Shown here in pieces: positions 8,807-20,290 of a stretch of DNA of 64,000 nucleotides. A program made the position numbers and the translations under genes. A model generated the notes under the pieces. That model had not been told where the DNA came from, made no database searches, and worked only from the letters and a program-made list of their open reading frames with translations. Numbering within the stretch: the first letter of the stretch is position 1; the number at the start of each line of letters is the position of its first letter. Source of the stretch: Acidobacteriota bacterium (GTDB taxonomy: Bacteria > Acidobacteriota > Thermoanaerobaculia > Gp7-AA8); NCBI GenBank assembly GCA_019244185.1, contig JAFATB010000022.1, forward strand, positions 160,001 through 224,000, in the 5' to 3' direction.

Positions 8807-11800
8807 TCAGCGCGCGGTCGGCATCGGCTCGCGCGCGGCGTGGCGTTTGCGTGCGCGCCAGCGGAGGCGGTCGAGGTAGAGGTACGTCACCGGCGTGGTG
8901 AAGAGCGTCAACATCTGGCTGACGATGAGGCCTCCTACGATGGCGATGCCGAGCGGGCGGCGCAGCTCGCTGCCGACGCCGGAACCCAGCGCGAGCGGCA
9001 GGCCGCCGAAGAGCGCGGCGAACGTGGTCATGAGGATGGGGCGGAAGCGGAGGAGACACGCCTCGCGCACGGCGTCGCGCGGCGATTTTCCTTCCTTGCG
9101 TTCGGCCTCGAGCGCGAAGTCGATCATCATGATCGCGTTCTTCTTGACGATCCCGATCAACAGAATGATGCCGATCAGGGCGATGATCGTGAACTCGGTG
9201 TTCGTCAGCAGCAGCGCGATGAGTGCGCCGACGCCGGCGGAGGGCAGCGTCGAGAGAATCGTGATCGGGTGCACGAGGCTCTCGTAGAGGATGCCGAGGA
9301 CGATGTAGACGGCGAGGAGCGCGGCGAGGACGAGCAGCGGCTCGTTCGCGAGCGAGGCTTGAAACGCCTGCGCGGTGCCCTGGAAGCCGGGATGGATCGA
9401 CGACGGCATGCCCATCGTCCGCTCCATCTGCTCGATGGCGGTGGTCGCGTCGCCGAGGGAAATGCCCGGCGCGAGATTGAACGAGATCGTCACGGCGGGG
9501 AACTGGCCCTGGTGCGGGATCGACAGCGGCGTCTCGTCGATGCCGAAGTGCGCGAACGCGCTGAGCGGAATGTCGCGGCCGTACGACGAATGCACGTAGA
9601 CGCTGCTCAGCGCCGCAGGCGAGCCGCTGAACCGCGGATCGACTTCCATCACCACGTGATACTGGTTGATGCCGCTGTACATCACGGACACCTGGCGCTG
9701 GCCGAAGGCGTCGTAGAGCGTTGAGTCGATGGCGGCGAGCGTGACGCCGAGGCGCGCGGCGGTGGCGCGGTCGATCACGACGGTGGCTTGCAGGCCGGTG
9801 TTCTGCTGATCGCTGGAGACGTCGCGCAGCTCCTTCATCTTGCGCATCGCCTTCTCGAGTTTCGGCGCCCACGACATCAGCTCCGCGACGTTGTCGCCCT
9901 GCAGCGTGTACTGGTAGTCGGAGTTGCTCTGGCGTCCGCCGACGCGCACGTCCTGCACCGCGCTGAGAAAGAGCTGCGCGCCGGGGATGTGCGCGGTCTT
10001 CGGGCGCAGGCGGGCGATGATCTCCTGCGCGGAAGCTTTGCGCTCCTCGAGCGGCTTGAGCGAGACGAACATGTTCGCGGAGTTGCCGCCGCGTCCGCCG
10101 CCGGTGAACGAGACCACATTGTCGACCGCGGGATCTTTTTCGACGATGCGCATGAAGACGTTCAGCTTTTGGATCAGCGCGGGGAACGACGTGTCCTGCG
10201 AGGCCTGCACGTTGCCGTTGAGGCGTCCGGTGTCCTGCTGCGGGAAGAAGCCTTTCGGGATGATGACGTAGAGATAGATGGTGAAGCCGATGGTGGCGAA
10301 GGTGATGAGCAGCACCGGCAGCGCGTGGGCGAGGACGAAGTCGAGGCCGCGCTCGTAGCCGCGGACCAGCCGATCGAACGCGCGTTCGCTCCAGTGGTAG
10401 AGGCGTCCGTGCTTGCGCTGGTTCGGCGGCGTGAGGAACTTCGCGCACATCATCGGCGTCGTGGTGAGCGAGACGACCAGGGAGAGCACGATGGCCACGC
10501 TCAGCGTGACGGCGAACTCGCGGAAGAGCCGTCCGACGATGCCGCCCATGAGCAGGATGGGGATGAACACGGCGACGAGCGAGATGCTCATCGAGAAGAC
10601 GGTGAAGCCGATCTCGCGCGCGCCGCGCAGCGCCGCTTCGAGCGGCTGCATCCCGTTCTCGAGATGGCGGGTGATGTTCTCGATGACGACGATAGCGTCG
10701 TCTACTACGAAACCAGTAGAAATCGTCAGCGCCATCAGGGAGAGGTTGTCGAGCGAATAGCCGAGGAGGTACATCACGCCGAACGTGCCGATCAGCGAGA
10801 GCGGCACGGCGACGCTCGGGATGACGGTGGCCCAGCCGCTGCGCAGGAAGACGAAGACGACCAGGATCACGAGGAGGATCGAGATCGCCAGTGTGCGCTC
10901 GACGTCGACGACCGACGCGCGGATGGTGGTGGTGCGGTCGAGCACGATGTCGAGCTTCATCGACGGCGGAATGGCGGCCTGCAGTTGCGGCAGCAGCGTG
11001 CGCACGCGGTCGACGGTGCCGATGATGTTCGCGCCGGGCTGGCGGAAGAGGACGAGCGAGATGGCGGGCTTGCCGTTCACCGAGCCGGCGCTGTTGATGT
11101 TCTCGACGGAGTCGACCACGGTGGCCACTTCGCTGAGGATGACCGGCTTGCCGTCGCGCGCGGCGACGATGAGGCTGCGGTACTCGTTCGCCTTCGAGAG
11201 CTGATCGTTCGCGTTGATGACGTACGCGCGGTCCGTCCCCGCGACGGCGCCTTTCGGGCGGTTCGCGTTCGCGGCGGAGAGTGCCGTGCGAACAGCGTCG
11301 AGGCCGACGTTCAGTTTGCTCAGCAGCAGCGGATTCGCCTCCACGCGCACGGCGGGGCGCGAGCTGCCGCCGACGAAGACCTGGCCGATGCCTTCGATCT
11401 GCGCGATCTTCTGCGCGAGCACGGAATCGGCGATGTCGTACATCTGCGGCTGCGTCTGAACGTCGGAGGTGAGCGCGAGGATCATGATCGGCGCGTCGGC
11501 CGGATTGACCTTGCGCCAGTTCGGATTGGACGGGAGGTTGGCAGGCAGTTGTCCGCGCGCGGCGTTGATGGCGGCCTGCACGTCGCGCGCGGCGGCGTCG
11601 ATGTCGCGGTCGAGCTCGAACTGCAGCGTGACGTTCGTCGAGCCCGACGACGAGTTCGACGTCATCTGCGTGACCCCGGCAATGCGTCCGAACTGCCGTT
11701 CGAGCGGCGTGGCCACGGACGACGCCATGGTCTCCGGATTCGCGCCGGGCAAGCTCGCGGAGACGGAGATCGTCGGAAACTCGACCTGCGGCAGCGGCGC

Positions 11801-11899
11801 GACCGGCAGCTTGGTGTACGCGAGCGCGCCGGCCATGAGGATCGCGGCGCTGAGGAGCGACGTGCCGACGGGGCGGCGGATGAAAGGTTCAGAGATCAT
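8807..11899 (-). CDS. mdtC: RND efflux transporter permease MdtC-like
   Basis: 1030 aa; [44 protein letters not shown]. Confidence 0.92.
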   Translation of the reverse strand: MISEPFIRRPVGTSLLSAAILMAGALAYTKLPVAPLPQVEFPTISVSASLPGANPETMASSVATPLERQFGRIAGVTQMTSNSSSGSTNVTLQFELDRDIDAAARDVQAAINAARGQLPANLPSNPNWRKVNPADAPIMILALTSDVQTQPQMYDIADSVLAQKIAQIEGIGQVFVGGSSRPAVRVEANPLLLSKLNVGLDAVRTALSAANANRPKGAVAGTDRAYVINANDQLSKANEYRSLIVAARDGKPVILSEVATVVDSVENINSAGSVNGKPAISLVLFRQPGANIIGTVDRVRTLLPQLQAAIPPSMKLDIVLDRTTTIRASVVDVERTLAISILLVILVVFVFLRSGWATVIPSVAVPLSLIGTFGVMYLLGYSLDNLSLMALTISTGFVVDDAIVVIENITRHLENGMQPLEAALRGAREIGFTVFSMSISLVAVFIPILLMGGIVGRLFREFAVTLSVAIVLSLVVSLTTTPMMCAKFLTPPNQRKHGRLYHWSERAFDRLVRGYERGLDFVLAHALPVLLITFATIGFTIYLYVIIPKGFFPQQDTGRLNGNVQASQDTSFPALIQKLNVFMRIVEKDPAVDNVVSFTGGGRGGNSANMFVSLKPLEERKASAQEIIARLRPKTAHIPGAQLFLSAVQDVRVGGRQSNSDYQYTLQGDNVAELMSWAPKLEKAMRKMKELRDVSSDQQNTGLQATVVIDRATAARLGVTLAAIDSTLYDAFGQRQVSVMYSGINQYHVVMEVDPRFSGSPAALSSVYVHSSYGRDIPLSAFAHFGIDETPLSIPHQGQFPAVTISFNLAPGISLGDATTAIEQMERTMGMPSSIHPGFQGTAQAFQASLANEPLLVLAALLAVYIVLGILYESLVHPITILSTLPSAGVGALIALLLTNTEFTIIALIGIILLIGIVKKNAIMMIDFALEAERKEGKSPRDAVREACLLRFRPILMTTFAALFGGLPLALGSGVGSELRRPLGIAIVGGLIVSQMLTLFTTPVTYLYLDRLRWRARKRHAAREPMPTAR

Positions 11900-12030
11900 G
11901 CGCCGCTCCGCGGCGCGAATTTAGAACGCAGAACGCAGAACGCAGAACGTAGAAAGGGGCACCGCGCTCCGCGTGGAGGCCGCGTCGTTCCCCTTTCTAT
12001 GTTCTGCGTTCTGCGTTCTGCGTTCTTCAT
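11896..12030 (-). CDS. 44-aa bridging mini-ORF across repeat element
   Basis: ATG directly follows the mdtB TGA and the stop overlaps the mdtC ATG (ATGA); [44 protein letters not shown]. Confidence 0.4.
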   Translation of the reverse strand: MKNAERRTQNIERGTTRPPRGARCPFLRSAFCVLRSKFAPRSGA

Positions 12031-12032
12031 TC
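11917..12032. repeat. palindromic heptamer-repeat element, copy 1
   Basis: (AGAACGC)n left arm and (GTTCTGC)n right arm form a ~40-bp inverted repeat between mdtB and mdtC. Confidence 0.9.
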
Positions 12033-15000
12033 AGCTTTTCACCGGTACCTGATTGCCAATGTGCACCCGCCGCCTCACTCGCGCCGCCAGCTTGTCGAAC
12101 CAGATGTAGACGACCGGCGTGGTGTACAGCGTCAACAGCTGACTCACCAGCAGCCCGCCCACGATCGTCACGCCGAGCGGGTGGCGGAGCTCGGCGCCGG
12201 TGCCGGTGCCCAGCGCGAGCGGCAGGCCGCCGAAGAGCGCGGCGAAGGTGGTCATCATGATCGGGCGGAAGCGGAGGAGGCAGGCCTGGTAGATCGCTTC
12301 TTCGGCGCTCTTGCCTTCCTCGCGCTCGGCCTCGAGCGCGAAGTCGATCATCATGATCGCGTTCTTCTTGACGATGCCGATGAGCAGGATGATCCCGATC
12401 AGCGCGACGACGCCGAGCTCCATGTGGAAGAGCAGGAGAAAGAGGATCGCGCCGACGCCGGCGGACGGCAGCGTCGAGAGGATCGTGATCGGGTGGATGT
12501 AGCTCTCGTACAGCACGCCGAGCACGATGTAGACGGTGATGAGGGCGGCGAGAATCAGCCACCCTTCGTTCGCGAGCGAGCTGCGGAACACCGCGGCCGT
12601 GCCCTGGAACTCGGTGTGGATGCTCGGCGGCAGCGACATGCGCGCGACGGCGGCGTCGATCTTCTTCGTGGCCGCGCCGAGCGCGGCGCCGGGGGCGAGG
12701 TTGAACGAGATCGTGGCTACCGGAAACTGCCCGAGGTGATTGATCGCGACGGGCGTGGTCTTCGTCTCGATGCGCGCGAAGCTGCTGAGCGGAATGATCT
12801 GCTCGCGCGTCCCGGAGAGCGGCTGCACGGGCTGCGTCGTGCCGGGCGTCGACGGCGTGGAAGACGTCACGCCCGCGGCGGCCGAGCCGGCGTTGTTCGT
12901 GCCGAGTCCCGACGACGCTGCGCTCGCGGCGCCGCTGCCGCCCGTCCCGCCGCCGCTCGACGCGCTGGACGCGGTGCTGCCGCCGGGCGTGGCGCGAATG
13001 TAGATGTGCTTGAGCGCGTCGGGCGTGAGCTGCAGCTTCGGGTCCGCTTCGAGGACGACGTGGTACTGATTGAGCTGCGTGAAGATCGTGGAGACCTGGC
13101 GCTGGCCGAAGGCGTCGTAGAGCGTGTCGTCGATCATCTGCGGCGTCACGCCGAGGCGTGAGGCGGTGTTGCGGTCGACGACGAGATCGGCTTCGAGGCT
13201 GCCGTTGCCCTGGTCGCTGGCGACGTCGCGGAGCTCGGGGAGCTTCTCCAGTTCGGCGACGACGCGCGGTGTCCATTGCGCCAGTTCGTCCGCGTTCGCG
13301 TCTTCGAGCGTGTACTGATACTGCGTGCGGCTGACGCGGTTCTCGACGGAGAGGTCCTGGACCGGCTGCATGTACAGGCGAATGCCGGCCACGTGCTCGA
13401 GCTTCGGCTGCAGGCGGCGGATGATTTCGGAGGCGTTCGCGTCGCGGTCGTCGAGCGGCTTGAGATTGATCTGGATGCGGCCGACGTTCGAGGTCATGTT
13501 CGTGCCGTCGACGCCGATGAACGACGACACGCTGGCGACCGCGGGATCGCTCGTGACGACTTCGGTGAGCGCGAGCTGCCGGTCGGCCATCGCGCGGAAC
13601 GACGTGTCTTCCGGCGCTTCCGAGATGCCGAGGATCGCGCCGGTGTCCTGCAGCGGGAAGAAGCCTTTCGGCACGATGACGTAGAGCAGGATCGTGACGA
13701 CGAGCGTCGCCAGCGTCACGAGCAGCGTCGTGGTCTGGTGCTGCAGCACGAACTGCAGCGTCCTGCCGTAGAAGGCGATCACGCGCTCGAACAGCTCTTC
13801 CGATTTCTCGTAGAAGCGGCCGTGCTTTTTCTCCGCGGTCTCCGGTTTGAGGAGCTTCGACGCCATCATTGGAGTCAACGTCAGCGACACGACCGCGGAG
13901 ACGAGGATGGTCACGCTGAGCGTGATGGCGAACTCGCGGAAGAGGCGGCCCACGATGTCCGCCATGAAGAGCAGCGGGATGAGCACGGCGATCAGCGAGA
14001 CGGTCAGCGACACGATCGTGAAGCCGATCTGCTTCGAGCCTTTGAGCGCGGCGTCGAGCGGCGAGTCGCCTTCTTCGATGAAGCGCGTGATGTTCTCGAT
14101 CATCACGATGGCGTCGTCGACGACGAACCCAGTCGAGATCGTGAGCGCCATCAATGAGAGGTTGTCGAGCGAATAGCCGAGGAGGTACATCACGCCGAAG
14201 GTGCCGACGATGGAGAGCGGCACGGCGACGCTGGGGATGATCGTCGCGGAGACGCGGCGGAGGAAGAGAAAGATCACCAGCACGACGAGCGCGATGGTCA
14301 GCAGCAGCTCGAACTCGACGTCGCGCACGGACGCGCGGATCGTCACCGTGCGATCCGTCAGGACGGTGACTTTGACGTTCGGCGGCAGGCTGCTCGTCAG
14401 CTGCGGCAGGAGCTGTTCGATGCGGTCGACGACATTGATGATGTTCGCGCCCGGCTGCCGCTGCACGTTGACGATGACGGCGGGCGTGGTGTTCATCCAC
14501 GCCGCCTTCTGCGCGTCCTCGACGCCGTCGACGACGTTCGCGACGTCGCCCACGCGCACGGCCGCGCCGTTGCGGTACGCGATGATGACCGGCTTGTAGT
14601 CGGCGCTGGCGAAGATCTGATCGTTCGCGCCGATCGAGTAGCTCTGATGCGGACCCTGCAGGCTGCCTTTGGCCTGATCGGTGTTCGCCGCCGCGAGTCC
14701 GGTGCGCAGGTCTTCGAGACTGAGGCCGTACGCCGCGAGCGCGGACGGATTGGCCTGCACGCGGACGGCCGGCTTTTGTCCGCCGCTGATCGTGACGAGG
14801 CCGACGCCGGGGAGCTGCGAGATTTTCTGCGCGAGCGTGGTGTCGGCGAGGTCTTCGACTTTGCTGAGCGGCAGCTGCGTCGAGGTGAGGCCGAGCGTCA
14901 AGATCGGCGTGTCGGCGGGATTGACCTTCGAGTAGATCGGCGGATTCGGCAGGTCGCGCGGCAGGAAGCTCGCCGCGGCGTTGATGGCGGCCTGCACTTC

Positions 15001-15318
15001 CTGTTCGGCGACGTCGATGTTCTGCTGAAGATCGAACTGCAGCGTGATCATCGAGCCGCCGAAGGAGCTCGTGCTCGACATCTGCTGCAGGCCGGGGATC
15101 TGTCCGAACTGGCGCTCCATCGGCGCGGTGACGGACGAGGTCATGACGTCCGCGCTCGCGCCCGGATAGAACGTCAGCACCTGAATGGTCGGGTAGTCGA
15201 CCTGCGGCAGCGCGGAGACGGGGAGCTCGCGATACGCGACGATGCCGGCGAGGAGGATCGCCGCCATCAGCAGCGAGGTCGCCACCGGGCGCAGGATGAA
15301 GATCCGCGACGGGTTCAC
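12031..15318 (-). CDS. mdtB: RND efflux transporter permease MdtB-like
   Basis: 1095 aa; [19 protein letters not shown]-terminus characteristic of MdtB; contains a Ser/Gly-rich insertion. Confidence 0.92.
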   Translation of the reverse strand: MNPSRIFILRPVATSLLMAAILLAGIVAYRELPVSALPQVDYPTIQVLTFYPGASADVMTSSVTAPMERQFGQIPGLQQMSSTSSFGGSMITLQFDLQQNIDVAEQEVQAAINAAASFLPRDLPNPPIYSKVNPADTPILTLGLTSTQLPLSKVEDLADTTLAQKISQLPGVGLVTISGGQKPAVRVQANPSALAAYGLSLEDLRTGLAAANTDQAKGSLQGPHQSYSIGANDQIFASADYKPVIIAYRNGAAVRVGDVANVVDGVEDAQKAAWMNTTPAVIVNVQRQPGANIINVVDRIEQLLPQLTSSLPPNVKVTVLTDRTVTIRASVRDVEFELLLTIALVVLVIFLFLRRVSATIIPSVAVPLSIVGTFGVMYLLGYSLDNLSLMALTISTGFVVDDAIVMIENITRFIEEGDSPLDAALKGSKQIGFTIVSLTVSLIAVLIPLLFMADIVGRLFREFAITLSVTILVSAVVSLTLTPMMASKLLKPETAEKKHGRFYEKSEELFERVIAFYGRTLQFVLQHQTTTLLVTLATLVVTILLYVIVPKGFFPLQDTGAILGISEAPEDTSFRAMADRQLALTEVVTSDPAVASVSSFIGVDGTNMTSNVGRIQINLKPLDDRDANASEIIRRLQPKLEHVAGIRLYMQPVQDLSVENRVSRTQYQYTLEDANADELAQWTPRVVAELEKLPELRDVASDQGNGSLEADLVVDRNTASRLGVTPQMIDDTLYDAFGQRQVSTIFTQLNQYHVVLEADPKLQLTPDALKHIYIRATPGGSTASSASSGGGTGGSGAASAASSGLGTNNAGSAAAGVTSSTPSTPGTTQPVQPLSGTREQIIPLSSFARIETKTTPVAINHLGQFPVATISFNLAPGAALGAATKKIDAAVARMSLPPSIHTEFQGTAAVFRSSLANEGWLILAALITVYIVLGVLYESYIHPITILSTLPSAGVGAILFLLLFHMELGVVALIGIILLIGIVKKNAIMMIDFALEAEREEGKSAEEAIYQACLLRFRPIMMTTFAALFGGLPLALGTGTGAELRHPLGVTIVGGLLVSQLLTLYTTPVVYIWFDKLAARVRRRVHIGNQVPVKS

Positions 15319-16628
15319 GGCTGTTCCTGCGGCGCGCCGCCGCGCGAGCGTCCTGCGCGACCCGTACCACCCGCGCGACCGCCGCCCGCACTGCCGCCGC
15401 GATTGCCGCGCGTGCCGCCGAGCTCGACCTTTCCATGCGGCTGCAGCTTGTCCGCGCCTTCGGTGACGACCTGCTCGCCTTCGTTGACACCGTTAACGAC
15501 CGAGGTCGTGCCTTCGCTCATCACGACCTGCACGTTGCGCATCTCCGCGGTTTTGTCGGCGCCGACGACGTACACGTACGTGCCCTGCGCGCCGTGCTGC
15601 ACCGCCGCGGTGGGAACCGTCATCGCGTGACGCCGCGTCTCGACCTGCATGCGCGCGTTGACGAACTGGTTCGGATACAGAGCGCCGTCGGCGTTGTCGA
15701 AGATGGCCTTGCAGCGGAACGTGCCGGTGTTCGGGTCGATCTGGTTGTCGATCGTCAGCAGACGCCCCGTCGCGAGCTTCGCGGTGTTGTCGCGGCTCCA
15801 CGCTTCGACCGGAATCGGCACGCCGCGACGCTGCGTGACCGCGGGCAACGCATCCTCCGGCAGCGTGAAGAGCGCCGCGATCGGCTGCATCTGCGTGATG
15901 ACGACGAGGCCGTTCGCGTCCGACGCGTGGACCATGTTGCCGGGATCGACGTTGCGGATGCCGACGCGTCCGGTGATCGGCGCCTTGATGTGGCAGTAGT
16001 CGACGTTGAGGCGCGCCTGCTGGATCTGCGCCTCGTCTCCCTGGATCGTCGCCTGCGTCACGCGCACCGTCGACTGCTGCGTGTTGTATTGCTGTTGCGG
16101 GACCACGCCGGCGCGATAGAGGTCCGCGTAGCGCTCCAGATCGTGCTGCGCATTCTGCAACGTCGCCACATCCTTCGCCCGCGCCGCCTCGGCCTGCGCG
16201 AGCTGTGCCTGCGACGGCCCCGGATCGATCAGTGCGAGCTCCTGTCCCGCGTGCACGATCTGCCCTTCCTGAAAGTTGAAGCGCAGCAGCTGGCCGTCGA
16301 TGCGCGTCTTGACCGTGACCGTATTGAGCGCGTTCACGTTGCCGAGGCCGTCGAGGTAGACGGGGACGTCGCGCGCGACGACCGCCGTCAATGCGACCGG
16401 CACCGCGCGGTTCCTGCCGTTTGCGCCCGCGGCCTGCGCCTGTTTCGCGGACGCCGCGCTGCGGTGACGCAAGAGGACGACGAGCAGCACGATGACGACG
16501 AGCACCGCGCCGAGGAAGAGGTTGCGCGTGCGGCGGCTGTGACGCGCGTCGGCGGGCACCGGCACCTCGCGAAGTTCCCGCGTCCGCGGCGTCGCGCCAA
16601 CCTCCCGCTCCGGCTCCCGCTGTGACAT
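15315..16628 (-). CDS. mdtA: RND periplasmic adaptor MdtA-like
   Basis: Single TM helix; [39 protein letters not shown]; SD GAGGAGG. Confidence 0.9.
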   Translation of the reverse strand: MSQREPEREVGATPRTRELREVPVPADARHSRRTRNLFLGAVLVVIVLLVVLLRHRSAASAKQAQAAGANGRNRAVPVALTAVVARDVPVYLDGLGNVNALNTVTVKTRIDGQLLRFNFQEGQIVHAGQELALIDPGPSQAQLAQAEAARAKDVATLQNAQHDLERYADLYRAGVVPQQQYNTQQSTVRVTQATIQGDEAQIQQARLNVDYCHIKAPITGRVGIRNVDPGNMVHASDANGLVVITQMQPIAALFTLPEDALPAVTQRRGVPIPVEAWSRDNTAKLATGRLLTIDNQIDPNTGTFRCKAIFDNADGALYPNQFVNARMQVETRRHAMTVPTAAVQHGAQGTYVYVVGADKTAEMRNVQVVMSEGTTSVVNGVNEGEQVVTEGADKLQPHGKVELGGTRGNRGGSAGGGRAGGTGRAGRSRGGAPQEQP

Positions 16629-16698
16629 CGAGACGTCCTCCTCGCGTTGCGCGCAGCAATGTTGCTACCAGCGCGCGGCATGCGAGGCGACGTCTCTG

Positions 16699-18039
16699 CT
16701 ACAGGTCGATGGCCGCCGGCTCCGGCATCGCGCGCAAGAGTTCGGCGCCTTCGGAGCGTGCGACGTACGTGGCGATGGTGATGTCGCCGGTCACGTTCAG
16801 CACCGTCCTACACATGTCGAGGATGCGGTCGACGCCGAGGATGATCGCGATCAGCGCGGGATTCACGCCGATCTGCGAGAGGACGACGATGATGAACGGG
16901 ATCGAGCCGGACGGTACGCCCGCGGTGCCGATGCCGCCGAGGATCGCGAGGTAGACGACGATGAGCTGTTGTCCCAGCGAGAGATCGACGCCCGCGAGCT
17001 GCGCGAGAAACAGCACGGTGACGCCTTCATACAGCGCGGTGCCGTTCTGGTTCGCCGTCGCGCCGACGGTGAGCACGAACGAGTTGATGTCGCGCGGCAC
17101 GCCGAGGTTTTCTTCGGAGACGCGCAATGCAGTGGGCAACGTTGCGTTCGACGATGACGTCGAGAACGCGGTGATCATCGCCGTCTTGATGCGGCTGAAG
17201 AACACCAGCGGATTGATGCGCGAGAGCACCGCCACCGACAGCGAGTAAACGCCGAACATGTGCAGTGCGAGTCCTAAGAGCACCGTTCCGACGAACCAGC
17301 CGAGCGACACGAGCAAGCCGAAGCCGAACCGCGCCGTCATCGTGAAGAGAAGACAGAAGACCGCATACGGCGCGAAGCGCATCACGATCTGAATGCCGCG
17401 CTCGACCGTCGCGAAGACGGCCTCAAGCACGGCTTTGAGCGGCGCGGCCTGTTCGTCGGGAACCAGCGTCATGGAGATGCCGAAGAAGAGGGCGAAGAAC
17501 ATGAGGCCGAGCATGTCCGGCGGCTCTTTGGCCACCGACGCGAAGACGTTCGTCGGCACGACCGTCTTCACCGCTTTCAGCAGCGGCGCATCCTCGGACT
17601 TCGTGCTGCTGACCGTCGTCTCGACGGTCTTCACGGCGGCGGAGCTGTACTGCGCCTGCAGCCGCGCGCTGATCTCCGGCGCAATGCGTTTGCCCGGTTT
17701 GATGGTGTTCGCGAGCGTGAGTCCGATGATGACGCTGATGCCGGAGATGACGAGCGTGTACACCAGCGATTTCACGCCGATGCGGCCGATGCGGCGCAGA
17801 TCGCCGAGTCCCGCGACGCCGAGGACGAGACTGGAGAAGACGAGCGGAATGACGAGCAGGAGCAAAAGACGCAGAAAGAGCTGGCCGATGGGATTCGTGA
17901 GGTGATCGGCGATGAAGATCAACGCCGGCGCGCTCGCGCCCATGAGCGAGTTGAGCGTGCCGCCGGCGAGCGCGCCGGCGACGAGGCCGGCCACGATCTT
18001 CGTGTGCAGAGGAATCCCGTGTCGCGTCTCTTCAGGCAT
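16699..18039 (-). CDS. dicarboxylate/amino acid:cation symporter (GltP/DctA family)
   Basis: AFSTSSSNATLP, GATANQNGTALY, DRILDMCRTVLNVTGD motifs. Confidence 0.92.
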   Translation of the reverse strand: MPEETRHGIPLHTKIVAGLVAGALAGGTLNSLMGASAPALIFIADHLTNPIGQLFLRLLLLLVIPLVFSSLVLGVAGLGDLRRIGRIGVKSLVYTLVISGISVIIGLTLANTIKPGKRIAPEISARLQAQYSSAAVKTVETTVSSTKSEDAPLLKAVKTVVPTNVFASVAKEPPDMLGLMFFALFFGISMTLVPDEQAAPLKAVLEAVFATVERGIQIVMRFAPYAVFCLLFTMTARFGFGLLVSLGWFVGTVLLGLALHMFGVYSLSVAVLSRINPLVFFSRIKTAMITAFSTSSSNATLPTALRVSEENLGVPRDINSFVLTVGATANQNGTALYEGVTVLFLAQLAGVDLSLGQQLIVVYLAILGGIGTAGVPSGSIPFIIVVLSQIGVNPALIAIILGVDRILDMCRTVLNVTGDITIATYVARSEGAELLRAMPEPAAIDL

Positions 18040-18150
18040 GCGCGCGATGGTAACAGCCGGCCGGCACGGCCGGCTGCGCTAAGGGCCGAGCCGATTCGCA
18101 CGTGCGGCTGCACTGAACCTCACTTTGGCGCGGAGGGGTACCATTTCGCG

Positions 18151-18537
18151 ATGGCCATCACGCACATCGATCACATCAATCTCTCCGGCAGCGCCGCGCT
18201 GATCGATGCGTGCCGCGCGTTCTACGTCGACATCCTCGGCCTCCGCGACGGCGTCCGCCCGCCATTCCGCTCGCGCGGCTACTGGCTTTACGCGGGCGCG
18301 CAGCCGGTCGTGCATCTGACCGTGCGCGAGCGCGATGAGACATCGGCGCCGGACGACGCGACGTCATCGTTCGATCACTACGCCTTCGCCTGCGAAGACG
18401 CCGCCGCCATGCGCGCGCGTCTGCAACAGGCGGGCATTGCATTCGAAGCGGATGAAGTGCCGGAGACGGGCGACGTGCAGTTTTTCCTGCGCGATCCCGC
18501 GGGGATTGGGCTGGAGCTGAATTTCAGACGACGCTGA
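18151..18537 (+). CDS. VOC/glyoxalase family protein
   Basis: IDHINL...FYVDILGL...DHYAF...FLRDPAGIGLELN. Confidence 0.85.
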   Translation: MAITHIDHINLSGSAALIDACRAFYVDILGLRDGVRPPFRSRGYWLYAGAQPVVHLTVRERDETSAPDDATSSFDHYAFACEDAAAMRARLQQAGIAFEADEVPETGDVQFFLRDPAGIGLELNFRRR

Positions 18538-18654
18538 CGCGGGTGAGGCACGCGAGGGTTCTCGCGGCCTTGCAGTACAATACGGCCTTCTTTTTTCGGT
18601 GTTGCGAAGGAGCACACGATCGCGGCGCCGCTCCCAAACCATCAAGGAGTTTCG

Positions 18655-20160
18655 ATGACTGCCACTCTGGAAACCACGACCTCGCACCAGTTCGATGCGG
18701 CTGCTGCCGCCGGACGCGTGCCTTACAAGGTGAAAGACATTCGCGAAGCGACGCTCGGGCGCGCGGAAATCCGTCTGGCCGAGCATGAAATGCCGGGCCT
18801 CATGGCCGTGCGCGAGCGCTACGGAAAAACGCGTCCGCTGGCCGGCGCGCGGATCATGGGCTCGCTGCACATGACCGTACAGACCGCCGTGCTCATCGAG
18901 ACGCTGAGCACCCTCGGCGCCGACGTGCGCTGGGTCTCCTGCAACATCTTCTCGACGCAGGATCACGCCGCGGCCGCGGTCGCGGTCGGACGTCCCGAGA
19001 CCGGCGGCACGATCGAGAACCCGCGCGGCATTCCGGTGTTCGCGTGGAAAGGGGAAACGCTCGAGGAGTATTGGTGGTGCACGTCGGAAGCGCTGTTGTG
19101 GCCCGACGGCAGCGGCCCGACGCTCATCGTGGACGACGGCGGCGACGCGACGCTGCTCGTGCACAAGGGCGTCGAATTCGAAGGCGCGGGACGCGTGCCG
19201 GAGTTCAATCCGTCCGACGATCCGGAAGAATGGGGCGTGATCCTCGACCTGCTGCGCAGCGAGCTCGCGCGCGATCCGCAGCGCTGGACGCGCGTCGCGA
19301 AAGACATCCGCGGCGTCTCCGAGGAAACGACCACGGGCGTGCATCGCCTGTATCAGATGCAGGAGAGCGGCACGCTGCTGTTCCCGGCGATCAACGTCAA
19401 TGACTCGGTCACAAAATCGAAATTCGACAACATTTACGGCTGCCGCCATTCGGTGATCGACGGCCTCAATCGCGCCACCGACGTGATGCTGGCCGGAAAA
19501 CTCGCGGTCGTCTGCGGCTACGGCGAAGTCGGCAAAGGCTGCGCGCAGGCGCTGCGCGGCCAGGGCGCGCGCGTGGTGGTGACGGAAATCGATCCGATCT
19601 GTGCGCTGCAGGCGGCGATGGAAGGCTTCGAAGTGCGCACGCTGGAGAGCGTCGTCGACCGCGCGGACATCTTCGTCACCGCGACCGGCAACAAGGACAT
19701 CATCACCGCCGCGCACATGGGGCGGATGAAGAACAAGGCCATCGTCAGCAACATCGGCCACTTCGACAATGAGATCGACATGGCCGGCCTCAAGAAGGTC
19801 TCCGGCGTCCGCAAAGTGAACATCAAGCCGCAGTACGACGAATGGATTTTTCCCGACGGCCATTCGGTGCTGATCCTCGCCGAGGGGCGTCTCATGAACC
19901 TCGGATGCGCCACGGGACATCCGTCGTTCGTCATGTCCGCGTCGTTTACCAACCAGGTTCTTGCGCAGCTCGCGCTTTGGAAAAACGAGGGCGAATACGG
20001 CAAGCAGGTGTACGTGCTGCCGAAGCAGCTGGACGAGGAAGTGGCCCGTCTGCACCTCGCGCATCTGGGCGTGGAATTGACGGAAATGACGGCGGACCAG
20101 GCGAAATATCTCGGCGTGCCGGCGGAAGGACCTTATAAGTCCGACCACTATCGCTACTGA
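18655..20160 (+). CDS. ahcY: adenosylhomocysteinase
   Basis: [44 protein letters not shown]; ends in HYRY. Confidence 0.97.
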   Translation: MTATLETTTSHQFDAAAAAGRVPYKVKDIREATLGRAEIRLAEHEMPGLMAVRERYGKTRPLAGARIMGSLHMTVQTAVLIETLSTLGADVRWVSCNIFSTQDHAAAAVAVGRPETGGTIENPRGIPVFAWKGETLEEYWWCTSEALLWPDGSGPTLIVDDGGDATLLVHKGVEFEGAGRVPEFNPSDDPEEWGVILDLLRSELARDPQRWTRVAKDIRGVSEETTTGVHRLYQMQESGTLLFPAINVNDSVTKSKFDNIYGCRHSVIDGLNRATDVMLAGKLAVVCGYGEVGKGCAQALRGQGARVVVTEIDPICALQAAMEGFEVRTLESVVDRADIFVTATGNKDIITAAHMGRMKNKAIVSNIGHFDNEIDMAGLKKVSGVRKVNIKPQYDEWIFPDGHSVLILAEGRLMNLGCATGHPSFVMSASFTNQVLAQLALWKNEGEYGKQVYVLPKQLDEEVARLHLAHLGVELTEMTADQAKYLGVPAEGPYKSDHYRY

Positions 20161-20193
20161 CGCGACAGACGAGAATTACGCGTTTTCATTGTG

Positions 20194-20229
20194 CGGGCGA
20201 GCCTTTTGAGGCTCGCCCGTTCGTTTTTC
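20194..20229 (+). terminator. rho-independent terminator of ahcY
   Basis: CGGGCGAGCC-TTTTGA-GGCTCGCCCG followed by TTCGTTTTT. Confidence 0.75.
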
Positions 20230-20230
20230 A

Positions 20231-20259
20231 TTGACAATAGGTGCTGATTGCACAACACT
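20231..20259 (+). promoter_or_regulatory. putative sigma70 promoter of the basic repeat protein
   Basis: Perfect TTGACA, 17-nt spacer, weak -10 (AACACT); strong SD AGGAGGAGG downstream. Confidence 0.4.
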
Positions 20260-20290
20260 TTGTGCTCGAGTGTAGGAGGAGGAAACCACA

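Noticed and set aside
11917-12032. CRISPR array from the GCAGAAC repeats
   Set aside because: These are 7-bp tandem units in inverted arms, with no unique spacers and no cas genes
9788-15490. Long alternative-frame and antisense ORFs (e.g. 11921-15490, 9788-12052; also 26438-28942, 33806-36004, 60064-62550)
   Set aside because: They are shadow ORFs of well-supported genes, Arg/Ala-rich, and expected in very GC-rich DNA
16655-16670. sigma54 promoter or operator upstream of mdtA (TGGTAGCAACATTGCT)
   Set aside because: GG-N10-GC spacing fits and it contains a short palindrome, but the -24 box deviates from consensus; too weak to call
18540-18654. SAH or SAM riboswitch upstream of ahcY
   Set aside because: The context is suggestive, but I could not find the conserved GAGGRGCGYUGC / AGGCUC / ACGRCGCY pattern; needs an Rfam scan
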